Positions 20,042-28,568 of a stretch of DNA of 64,000 nucleotides are shown here, in pieces. Location: NCBI GenBank assembly GCA_965218435.1, contig CBDCKW010000009.1, positions 1,568,001 to 1,632,000 on the forward strand, in the 5' to 3' direction. A model generated the notes under the pieces. The model saw nothing but the letters and a program-made list of their open reading frames with translations. It ran no database searches and was not told the DNA's origin. Each line of letters begins with the position of its first letter. Position 1 is the stretch's first letter. Source of the DNA: Truepera sp. GTDB taxonomy: Bacteria; Deinococcota; Deinococci; Deinococcales; Trueperaceae. The position numbers and the translations under genes were made by a program.

Positions 20042-21343
20042 ATGAGTAGGTTGAAATTCGGGATGTTGATGTTTCCGGTGCATAACCCGAGTCATGACCC
20101 GACGGTGCAGCTGGAGCAAGACATCGCGTTAGCCGAGCACGCTGACGCCCTCGGGTTTGATGAGTTTTGGTTTGGTGAACACCACAGCGGCGGCTGGCAG
20201 ATTATCGCCGACCCGCTCCTGATGGTGGCCCGCGCCGCCGCAACCACGCGCCGTATCCGCCTCGGTTCGGGCGTGTCAACGCTCGCGTATCATCACCCGA
20301 AACTGCTCTTAGAGAGTGCCGTTCAGCTCGACCACATGACGCGGGGCCGCTTTATGTTCGGCGTCGGGGCCGGGGCCTTGGCGCTCGATAGCCTAATGCT
20401 GGGGCTCGACCCGATGAACGCGCGTGAAGCGATGGCGGAGAGCCTCGAGGCGATGATGCTGCTGTTAGAGGCCGACGGCCCGGTCACGTACACGCCCCAA
20501 AAAGCCGACTGGCGGCTCGTTGACGCTTATTTACAGCTCGAGCCCTATTCCGACCCCCTGGACGTCCGCGTCGCGGTATTTAACTCGGCGTCCGGGCCAA
20601 GGCTCGCCGGACGTTGGGGCCTCGGGATGATTTCGTTTGGGGCGGCGGCGGTCGGGTTGGGCAAAGAAAATCGGATGGCGCTGGCGGCGCAAAAAGCACA
20701 ATATGTCGCCGAGCAGTACGGCCGTACCGTAGACCGGAGCCGCTGGAGCGTGATGAGCCCGATGCACCTCGCCCCGACCGAAAAACAGGCCAGGGACGAA
20801 GTTCGCTTCGGTTTACGGCAATATACCGACTATATCCGGCAGATTTTGCCGCTGAACGTCCCCGTAGACTCCGACCTTGACAATATCGTCGACGCGCTGC
20901 ACATCGCCGGTCATGGGGTCGTCGGTACACCGGCGATGGCCGTAAAACACATCGAGCGGATTCAGGAGCTGAGTGGCGGCGTCGGGACATTTTTACTCGA
21001 GCACGCAGGTTGGGCGTCGCACGCGCACACGCGCTCGAGCATGGAACTCTTCGCTGCTGAGGTCGCGCCGCACTTTACCGGTTCGACTCGGGCGCAGCAA
21101 GCAGCCTATGCGCGGGAGCTGGGGCACGACCAGTTGACTCGGCGCACAATGGCCAAAGCGCAAGCCGCCGCCGATTTGCAACATTCAACCGAAGTGCGGC
21201 AGCAGCGGCAAAAAGCGCAATTAGCTGCCGCGGTTGAGCGAATCCTCGATGAAGTCTTCGACGAGAGCACCCCACCCAAAGAAACTCGCGCGGACGCAGC
21301 GGATACAGTTGTGGCAGTACTAACTGAGAGCAGTACTCACTGA
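20042..21343 (+). CDS. LLM-class (luciferase-like) flavin-dependent monooxygenase
   Basis: GFDEFWFGEHHS, IRLGSGV and LDHMTRGRFMFGVGAG motifs; AAGGAG RBS; C-terminal helical extension. Confidence 0.9.
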   Translation: MSRLKFGMLMFPVHNPSHDPTVQLEQDIALAEHADALGFDEFWFGEHHSGGWQIIADPLLMVARAAATTRRIRLGSGVSTLAYHHPKLLLESAVQLDHMTRGRFMFGVGAGALALDSLMLGLDPMNAREAMAESLEAMMLLLEADGPVTYTPQKADWRLVDAYLQLEPYSDPLDVRVAVFNSASGPRLAGRWGLGMISFGAAAVGLGKENRMALAAQKAQYVAEQYGRTVDRSRWSVMSPMHLAPTEKQARDEVRFGLRQYTDYIRQILPLNVPVDSDLDNIVDALHIAGHGVVGTPAMAVKHIERIQELSGGVGTFLLEHAGWASHAHTRSSMELFAAEVAPHFTGSTRAQQAAYARELGHDQLTRRTMAKAQAAADLQHSTEVRQQRQKAQLAAAVERILDEVFDESTPPKETRADAADTVVAVLTESSTH

Positions 21344-21466
21344 AACCTACTAAGCTGAGCGAACGGCGGTTGCCGGTTGCCTAACCCTATACTCCAGGCC
21401 GCTTTTTCCGGTGGTTTATACTCGTAGTTTATACTCTGAGATGAGTAGGCTAATCGGAGGTAGGGT

Positions 21467-22021
21467 GTGGGACAACGGTTTAACAGCGTCAGCGAGCAGC
21501 ACCGCACATTTATCGAAGCGCAAAAACTCTTTTTTGTGGGCACAGCGGCGAAGGGCGGCCACGTCAACCTCTCCCCCAAAGGTTTGGACTCGCTCCGCGT
21601 CTTGGACGAGCAGACGGTGGTGTGGTTAAACGGTACCGGCAGCGGCAACGAGACGGCGGCGCACCTGCGGGACAACCCGCGAATGACGCTGATGTTTTGC
21701 GCGTTTGAAGGCAATCCGCTGATCTTACGGCTTTACGGCGACGCCGAGGTCTATTATCCTCGAGACCCGGAGTGGGAGGGCTATCTCGGACTGTTTGAGC
21801 CTTTAGGGGGCTCGAGGCAGGTGTTCAAACTTCACGTCGAACTGGTGCAAACCTCATGCGGTTTCGGCGTCCCGCTGTTTAACTATGAGGGTGACCGCAA
21901 GCTGATGCACACCTGGGCTGAGAAAAAAGGTAACGACGGCATTCAGGCATACTGGGAAGAAAAAAACATGGTGAGCCTGGACGGGCAACCGACCCATATC
22001 TTTGGAACTGATGGTGAGTAA
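21467..22021 (+). CDS. pyridoxamine 5'-phosphate oxidase-like FMN-binding protein
   Basis: VNLSPKG, TGSGNETAAH and QTSCGFGVP motifs; GGAGG RBS. Confidence 0.88.
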   Translation: MGQRFNSVSEQHRTFIEAQKLFFVGTAAKGGHVNLSPKGLDSLRVLDEQTVVWLNGTGSGNETAAHLRDNPRMTLMFCAFEGNPLILRLYGDAEVYYPRDPEWEGYLGLFEPLGGSRQVFKLHVELVQTSCGFGVPLFNYEGDRKLMHTWAEKKGNDGIQAYWEEKNMVSLDGQPTHIFGTDGE

Positions 22022-22772
22022 CGCGTGGTCGGCGCGGAGCACAAGTTACGCAACCAGCGAGCTGCATAAAAGCGGCCCTTCACTCGTCAAGCTTCTGGCG
22101 CTGGCACGGCCCAACGTAGGTGATGTTTGCCTCGACCTCGGCACCGGCACCGGCCACACCGCCGCCGCTTTAGCTGAGCACGCCGCGCAGGTGATCGGGC
22201 TCGATGTGTCTACCGGGATGCTGCGAGCGGCTGGGGAGCTTTACCGGCGGCCTAACCTCGAGTTTATCCAAGCCCCCGCGCAAGAGACCGGCTTACCCTC
22301 TGAAAGTTTTGACATCATTACGGCGCGGCACACGCTGCACCATCATCCTGACCTTGCTGCAACGCTCGCAGAAGCGGCGCGGCTCCTCAAACCGGGCGGA
22401 AGGTTAGTTATTGCCGACGAGGTGACGCCGGACGCCGCCGTGAACGACACCGTAGACGCGTGGTACGACGCTTTGGAGCGCACCCGCGACTACACGCATG
22501 TCCGGGCCTACACGCTGGGCGAATGGCAAACCTTTATCGCCGGGTCGGGCCTCAGCTGGATTGTCGGCGACAGCAGAACGCACTATCCCATTGACGTGAA
22601 GAGCTGGTTGGAGCGGATGAACTTAGACGTGCTGACGACTGAAGCCGCCTACGATTTGCTGGCAACTGCTGACGCTCGTGCCAAGGACGTGTTTGAGATT
22701 GAATATGAAGGTACGCGGGCGGTGCGGTTTCAGATGCCGGTGGCGCTGATTTTAGCCGTTAAGACTTTGTGA
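22011..22772 (+). CDS. class I SAM-dependent methyltransferase (UbiE/YafE-like)
   Basis: LDLGTGTGH, SFDII and RLLKPGG motifs. Confidence 0.88.
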   Translation: MVSNAWSARSTSYATSELHKSGPSLVKLLALARPNVGDVCLDLGTGTGHTAAALAEHAAQVIGLDVSTGMLRAAGELYRRPNLEFIQAPAQETGLPSESFDIITARHTLHHHPDLAATLAEAARLLKPGGRLVIADEVTPDAAVNDTVDAWYDALERTRDYTHVRAYTLGEWQTFIAGSGLSWIVGDSRTHYPIDVKSWLERMNLDVLTTEAAYDLLATADARAKDVFEIEYEGTRAVRFQMPVALILAVKTL

Positions 22773-23524
22773 GCCGGACGCCCCGCGTCACCATCATTGC
22801 AGGTCCCAACGGCGCGGGTAAGTCAACCGTCGCACCCCTTCTACTCCGCAGCTTCGGTACCAAGCTCTATGTCAACGCTGACACAATAGCCCGGGGTTTA
22901 GCTGGGCTCGAGCCCGAACGAGCAGCGTTAGCGGCGGGGCGTGTCATGCTCGCAAGACTCAAAGAATTGGCGCAGGCTGACTTTGCCTTTGAAACGACGC
23001 TGGCCTCGAGAAGTTTTGCACCTTTTATCCGCGCCCTTCACGGTTACGAGAGCACCCTGCTTTTTTTGTACCTCCGCACCCCTGAACTCGCAGTTCAGAG
23101 GGTTGCCGAGCGTGTTCAAGCTGGCGGTCATCACGTCCCCAAAGCGGTAATTGAACGCCGCTATGAGGCGGGCTTGCGCAACCTTTTTAGGCTCTATCTT
23201 CCTGTCGTAGATAGTTGGTCTATCTGGGACGCTTCCTCTACCGGAAAAGCCCAACTGATGGCTCAACAAAATAAGAATTCTCAAACAGGCGCTACACTAA
23301 TTGACAATCCGCTGCTCTGGCAGCAGTTAGAGGCAACTTATGGAAGTGATCACCCAAGGCAAATTGACCTAGCGGAAGTACAAAAAGTTATGGAACGGGC
23401 AGTGTGGCAAGCTGTGCTCAGACATAAAAAGCTCGGCGAGTCTATCGCCGTTTGGCAGGGCGGACGCGTCGTTACCTTGTCCGCTGAAGAGATCGAAATA
23501 CCGGAGGATGTTGATGACCTATAA
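22769..23524 (+). CDS. zeta-toxin-like P-loop ATPase, apparently fused to a small partner protein
   Basis: IAGPNGAGKST, FAFETTL and RVAERVQAGGH motifs; C-terminal ~60 aa segment has its own GAGG RBS and ATG (23340) out of frame by one base. Confidence 0.8.
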   Translation: MSRTPRVTIIAGPNGAGKSTVAPLLLRSFGTKLYVNADTIARGLAGLEPERAALAAGRVMLARLKELAQADFAFETTLASRSFAPFIRALHGYESTLLFLYLRTPELAVQRVAERVQAGGHHVPKAVIERRYEAGLRNLFRLYLPVVDSWSIWDASSTGKAQLMAQQNKNSQTGATLIDNPLLWQQLEATYGSDHPRQIDLAEVQKVMERAVWQAVLRHKKLGESIAVWQGGRVVTLSAEEIEIPEDVDDL

Positions 23525-24584
23525 GATTGCCGTACTTCCCGGAGACTTTATCGGGCCGGAAGTGATTGACGCGACGATTCAGCTGCTAGACGCCGTAACG
23601 CCGCATTACGGGCTTGACCTTACCTACACCCCTCTTCCCTTCGGCGGTCACGCCCTAGACGAGTTCGGCACACCGCTCCCCGAAGACACCAAACAAGCTT
23701 GCGCCGAGAGCGACGCCGTGCTGATGGGCTCCGCTGGCGGGCCGGTCGGTGACCACCCGTGGAACCGCGTCCCACGTGAGCAGCGCGTCGAGTCGGGGAT
23801 TTTGGGAATTCGTAAGCATTTGGGCTTGTACAGCAACCTGCGGCCCGTGCGGGTGTTTGGGGGACTCGAGCACCTCTCTCCACTTAAAAGTGAAGTTGCG
23901 GCAGGCACCGATATGCTCATCGTCCGCGAGCTGACCGGCGGCATCTATTTCGGCAAACCGAGCCACAACACCCCCGACGAGGGCGTCTCCACCGACGTCT
24001 ACACCCGCCCCGAAGTCGAGCGTATCGCCCGCGTCGCGTTTGAGGCCGCCCGCGTGCGCGGAGGCCGCGTCACCAGTGTAGACAAGGCCAACGTCTTAGA
24101 TGTGTCGCAGTTTTGGCGTGATGTAGTCGTGAGCATTCACGAAACCGACTACCGCGACGTGACCTTAGACCACCTCTATGTGGACAACGCCGCCATGCAG
24201 ATTGCCAGCAATCCGCGCCAGTTTGACGTGATCGTCACCTCGAACCTCTTCGGTGACATCTTGTCCGACCTCGCTGCTGTCATTCCGGGTTCTTTAGGCG
24301 TGTTGCCCTCAGCTAGTTTGGGCGATGGCCCCGGTTTGTTCGAGCCCGTTCACGGGTCTGCGCCGGACATTGCCGGAAAAGGTCTGGCCAATCCGGTTGG
24401 GACGATGCTCTCAGCTGCGATGATGCTCAAGTACGGCTTAGGGCAAACCGAAGCCGCCGAAGCGATTGAGGGTGCGGTGCAGCGGGCGCTCGCGGAGGAG
24501 CCGACGAAGGATTTGGGGGGGAGTCGGGGGACGGCAGCGTTTACGGGGGCGGTTATCGAGGCACTGTTTGCGACCTCGAGCTAG
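23514..24584 (+). CDS. leuB: 3-isopropylmalate dehydrogenase
   Basis: PGDFIGPE, VRELTGGIYFG, DKANVL, NLFGDILSD and EPVHGSAPDIAG motifs. Confidence 0.96.
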   Translation: MTYKIAVLPGDFIGPEVIDATIQLLDAVTPHYGLDLTYTPLPFGGHALDEFGTPLPEDTKQACAESDAVLMGSAGGPVGDHPWNRVPREQRVESGILGIRKHLGLYSNLRPVRVFGGLEHLSPLKSEVAAGTDMLIVRELTGGIYFGKPSHNTPDEGVSTDVYTRPEVERIARVAFEAARVRGGRVTSVDKANVLDVSQFWRDVVVSIHETDYRDVTLDHLYVDNAAMQIASNPRQFDVIVTSNLFGDILSDLAAVIPGSLGVLPSASLGDGPGLFEPVHGSAPDIAGKGLANPVGTMLSAAMMLKYGLGQTEAAEAIEGAVQRALAEEPTKDLGGSRGTAAFTGAVIEALFATSS

Positions 24585-24608
24585 CCAGCGTTCCAAAGGC
24601 TCCGTCCA

Positions 24609-25007
24609 ATGTATTTTGACTTTTTGATACCGAGGCGTCCGGTTTCGTTACAGACGAGAAACAGAAAGAACCTACAAGCGTGGAAAGATTATGTCCGTTA
24701 TGAAGCGGCTAAAACGTGGACTGAGGACGTTTATGGTGACATTGACCTCCAACTGACTCTGGTCTATCTCTTTGACAAAGACCCCGTTGACATCGACAAC
24801 ATCGTCAAACCTATCCAAGACGCGCTCATCGGTCTTATTTACGAAGACGACCTGCTGATTACCGATTTGAGATCGCACCGTCGCCCTTTAGTCGGCACCT
24901 TTGACCTGAGTAAATGTCCGCTTCCGCTTATACAGGGCATCGTTTCTGGTGCAGAATGCGTTTATGTGCAGGTTGCCGAATCCCGTTCTCTGGAGGACTA
25001 CTTATGA
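24609..25007 (+). CDS. RusA-family endodeoxyribonuclease
   Basis: DIDNIVKPIQDAL...YEDD catalytic pattern. Confidence 0.82.
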   Translation: MYFDFLIPRRPVSLQTRNRKNLQAWKDYVRYEAAKTWTEDVYGDIDLQLTLVYLFDKDPVDIDNIVKPIQDALIGLIYEDDLLITDLRSHRRPLVGTFDLSKCPLPLIQGIVSGAECVYVQVAESRSLEDYL

Positions 25008-25651
25008 CTAGCGCCCAGCAAACCGAAAGTACGCTGATAACCAAGGTCGCCGAAAAGTACGCGGCTCAAGGTTTTGACGTCAATATTGAGCCCCGAAAAG
25101 AAGAGCTTCCCTTCGACTTAGGAACCTATCACCCCGACCTTATTGCAGTTAAATCGCCTGATAAGGGCTATATCATCGAAGTCAAACGTTCTGCTTCACG
25201 AACCCCGGTTGAGCGTTATAGCGAAGTCGCCAAGCTGGTCGCACAACATCCCGGCTGGGGCTTTCTACTCGTCACCGGCGATGAGCAGAGCGTAGACGGC
25301 GAAGACTTACTGACCTGGCAACAGATGCTGTCACGGCAGACTCGAGTTAAAGAGCTTCTAAAAGCTGGGGCCAGCGAAGGAGCCTTCTTAATCTTATGGG
25401 GAATTTTAGAAGCGGCGTTGCGGAGGCGAGCAGGAGAAATGCAGATTCCGGTTGAACGCTTTCCAACGTCTTCTTTAATCAATCATCTCTATTCACAAGG
25501 CGAACTCTCTATTGAACAGTTTGACGAGACAAAAACGCTTCAAGCCGTTCGTAACCGGTTTGTTCACGGCTACCAGACACCTGACGTTGACGGACCCACA
25601 GAGCAGCTTCAGGTTCTCGTTAAGGAATTGCTCGACACTTGGAGCCGGTAA
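25004..25651 (+). CDS. PD-(D/E)xK nuclease (REase_AHJR-like) fused to a HEPN-like domain
   Basis: YHPDLIA...IIEVKR nuclease motif, C-terminal RNRFVH (Rx4H); ATGA overlap with the RusA-like gene and GGAGG RBS. Confidence 0.75.
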   Translation: MTSAQQTESTLITKVAEKYAAQGFDVNIEPRKEELPFDLGTYHPDLIAVKSPDKGYIIEVKRSASRTPVERYSEVAKLVAQHPGWGFLLVTGDEQSVDGEDLLTWQQMLSRQTRVKELLKAGASEGAFLILWGILEAALRRRAGEMQIPVERFPTSSLINHLYSQGELSIEQFDETKTLQAVRNRFVHGYQTPDVDGPTEQLQVLVKELLDTWSR

Positions 25652-25744
25652 GCTCGAGTCCATCCCAAAATATTCAAACGGCGCGACACTGAGTATAGAG
25701 CTTACAGAACGTAAAAGCGTCCAGCGTGCTTGATATAACTACCT

Positions 25745-26674
25745 ATGAAACCCATCTGGTTCACCTGCCTACTTCTCCTCACCGCCTGCGCCCCCACCCT
25801 CGCTCCACCTACCCAACGCGCCCCCACCATCCCCGGCGCAACCCCACAAACCGTAACGTTCGGCGACTACACGACCTACTACGAAACGCTCGGCCAAGGT
25901 GACCCGGTGGTGCTCGTTCACGGGATTGGAGGCGGCTCGAGCGTCTTCCAGTACCGTAAAAACGCCGCCGCGTTAGCCGCCGCAGGCTTTAAGGTCTACG
26001 CGCTCGACTTGTTAGGCTTTGGCCGGAGCAGCCGCCCAGAGCTTCGTTATACGCAGAACTTGCTGACCAACCAGCTCACCGAGTTTTTAGAACAGGTGAA
26101 TGCCCCCGCCGCTGTGGTGGCGAACGGCCTCAGCGCCGCCTACGCGGTTCGTATCGCCGCCGAACGTCCGGAACTTGTAAGCAAACTCGTCCTCATCAGC
26201 CCGACCGGGTACGAGCGGCTTTCACGGCCGCAAAATGAGGAGCGTATCGCCGCATTCAACCAGTTCCGCGGGATTTTAGGGAGCGTCCTGAACGCCGTAC
26301 TGCTCGACCCCGGTACCCAGCGGTTGTTCCTTCTCGACGCTTATGCAGGACCAAAAAGTTTGACGCCGGAAGTGTTAGAGAATTACGACGACAACCTCAA
26401 AGCCGAAAACGCTCGTTGGGTGATCTTTTCGTTCGTCAGCGGCAACTTAGACCAGGATGTATCACAGCTCTGGCCGAAAGTACGGCAACCCGTCCTGATG
26501 CTCTGGGGCAGTGAGGCGACGACCACGCCCATCGGGGACGCGCAAGATTTTATCGAAACGAGGCCGCAGACGACGTTGTTACCTATTCGTGAGGTGAAAC
26601 TCTTGCCGAACGAAGACAGGGCAGGTGTCTTCAACCGAGTCGTCGGGTCGTTTTTACGCGGCAGGCTAGAATAA
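25745..26674 (+). CDS. alpha/beta hydrolase-fold lipoprotein
   Basis: Lipobox LLTAC, VLVHG and DLLGFGRS motifs; nucleophile elbow reads ANGLS. Confidence 0.85.
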   Translation: MKPIWFTCLLLLTACAPTLAPPTQRAPTIPGATPQTVTFGDYTTYYETLGQGDPVVLVHGIGGGSSVFQYRKNAAALAAAGFKVYALDLLGFGRSSRPELRYTQNLLTNQLTEFLEQVNAPAAVVANGLSAAYAVRIAAERPELVSKLVLISPTGYERLSRPQNEERIAAFNQFRGILGSVLNAVLLDPGTQRLFLLDAYAGPKSLTPEVLENYDDNLKAENARWVIFSFVSGNLDQDVSQLWPKVRQPVLMLWGSEATTTPIGDAQDFIETRPQTTLLPIREVKLLPNEDRAGVFNRVVGSFLRGRLE

Positions 26675-26679
26675 CGGAG

Positions 26680-27855
26680 ATGATTAAACCCGCACTAGTA
26701 CCGAGTACGCGCGTCTCGAGCTTTGGCGAGACGGTTTTTGCCACCTATACCCGTCTCGCCGAGCAGTACGGAGCCGTCAATTTAGGGCAGGGGTTTCCCG
26801 ATTTTGCGCCGCCGGACTTTGCTTTGGACGCGCTGCGTGACGCGGCTTCCGGGCCGCAGCAGTACGCGCCGCTGCCAGGGTTGCCGGTGCTGTTAGAGGC
26901 AGTAGCTAAAAAGATGTCGGTGAGTTTGGGCCGAGAGGTGAGCGCACCCGAAAACGTGCAGATTACTGTGGGCGCGACCGAGGCACTTTTTGCGGTTATG
27001 CAGGCGTTTGTGAATCCGGGCGATGAGGTGATGGTGCTCGAGCCCTTTTACGACGCCTACCCCGCCGACGTCATCATGGCGGGCGGCGTACCCAAATTTG
27101 TGGCTTTAGAGCCGCATGGTAACGACTGGATACTAGATTTTGACGCGTTGGCAGCAGCGTTTACGGATAAAACCAAAGCCATTATCTTGAATACGCCGCA
27201 CAATCCGACCGGCAAAGTTTTTACGGCAACCGAACTCGATCAGATTGTGGCGCTCGCCGAACGTTACGACACGCTGATCGTCAGCGACGAGGTTTACGAG
27301 CATATCGCCTTTGCGGAGCATGTGAGTATTGCTGGCCGTCCGGGAGCGTGGGAACGGACGCTTACGGTCTCGAGCATCGGCAAGACGTTTTCAGTGACGG
27401 GCTGGAAAGTCGGTTGGGCCGTCGGGCCGGAGGCGCTCATCACCCCGCTCCGGCGGGCGCACCAGTGGATACCGTTTGTCGTGGCGACGCCTTTGCAAAG
27501 AGCGTCGGCAGAACTGCTTAAACTCGCTGAGACAAACGGTTACTACGCAGAGCTTGTGAATATGTTTCAGCACAAACGGGATTTGCTCTTAGCTCAGCTT
27601 CAAGGCACCCCGTTTCGGGCGCTCCTGCCCCAGGGCGGGTATTTTGTCATCGCCGATAGTTCTGCGCTTGGTTACAAAAACGATATTGACCTCTGTAACG
27701 CACTGCCGGAGCGGGTCGGCGTCGTGGCGATTCCGCCGAGCGCGTTTTACTCGGACGCGCACAAGCACCTAGCCAAAAACCTCGTGCGGTTTGCCTATTG
27801 TAAGTCGGACGAAATGGTTTTGGAGGCTGGCAGACGGCTCCAAGGGCTTGCGTGA
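26680..27855 (+). CDS. PLP-dependent aminotransferase class I/II (YbdL/kynurenine aminotransferase-like)
   Basis: NLGQGFPD, NTPHNPTG, SDEVY and SIGKTFSVTGWKVG motifs. Confidence 0.93.
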   Translation: MIKPALVPSTRVSSFGETVFATYTRLAEQYGAVNLGQGFPDFAPPDFALDALRDAASGPQQYAPLPGLPVLLEAVAKKMSVSLGREVSAPENVQITVGATEALFAVMQAFVNPGDEVMVLEPFYDAYPADVIMAGGVPKFVALEPHGNDWILDFDALAAAFTDKTKAIILNTPHNPTGKVFTATELDQIVALAERYDTLIVSDEVYEHIAFAEHVSIAGRPGAWERTLTVSSIGKTFSVTGWKVGWAVGPEALITPLRRAHQWIPFVVATPLQRASAELLKLAETNGYYAELVNMFQHKRDLLLAQLQGTPFRALLPQGGYFVIADSSALGYKNDIDLCNALPERVGVVAIPPSAFYSDAHKHLAKNLVRFAYCKSDEMVLEAGRRLQGLA

Positions 27856-28568
27856 GCCTACTTTTCTTGCTCGGGCTTACCGGGGTTGGGAAAACTACCA
27901 CAGTCGAGGCCCTCCAAACCGGCGGCGTCTCGCTAACACTGCTCCCCAACCGCCGCACCCTGACAGACGAGCTGATTATTCCTGAAATGCAGCGTGCAGC
28001 AGAGCAACCCATAGAACGAGTGACCGACCGCTTGGAGCGGTTTGAGCTGACGCGGCGTTACCGCGAGACCTATCCGGGCGGGGTGGTTTATGCACTGGTG
28101 CAGTATTTAGAAACTTGCGCTTACAACGACCAAAAAACGTTGCTGTTTGACAATTTGCGTGGCTTAGACGAAGCCCAAGCCGCCGCCCAAACGTTTCCGA
28201 GTGCGCGTTTTATCTTGCTTGACGCCCCTCCACTCGTTAGATTATTACGGCTCGTCGGACGAAGTGACCGCTTTGATCAGGTGGCCGCGACGCGGTTAGA
28301 AAACACGACTTTTGCTGAGCAGTTGCTGGCGCTTAAAGGACTGGAAATTTTTGACCCCTACGAACTCGCGCGTTTGGAGGCCAGGGGCGTCCCCGAAGCC
28401 GACCTCTTAAAAGCTGTCCGCATCATCTTGGGCGAAGCGCAACACTACGATATGGACGCCGCTGCCGCCTACTTGCGCGAGACGCAAACTGCCGAGAGCT
28501 TTTTATATCTGGACACGGCCGACCTCTCCCCCAGTGAGGTGCAAACGCAGCTTCAGGTGTGGCTTTAG
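27852..28568 (+). CDS. uncharacterised P-loop NTPase/kinase
   Basis: Walker A GLTGVGKTT, LLFDNLRG; translationally coupled to neighbours. Confidence 0.75.
   Translation: MSLLFLLGLTGVGKTTTVEALQTGGVSLTLLPNRRTLTDELIIPEMQRAAEQPIERVTDRLERFELTRRYRETYPGGVVYALVQYLETCAYNDQKTLLFDNLRGLDEAQAAAQTFPSARFILLDAPPLVRLLRLVGRSDRFDQVAATRLENTTFAEQLLALKGLEIFDPYELARLEARGVPEADLLKAVRIILGEAQHYDMDAAAAYLRETQTAESFLYLDTADLSPSEVQTQLQVWL

Noticed and set aside
18323..22772. Complete pyrrolnitrin cluster
   Set aside because: Only a PrnC-like gene is present; prnA, prnB and prnD are absent from the window.
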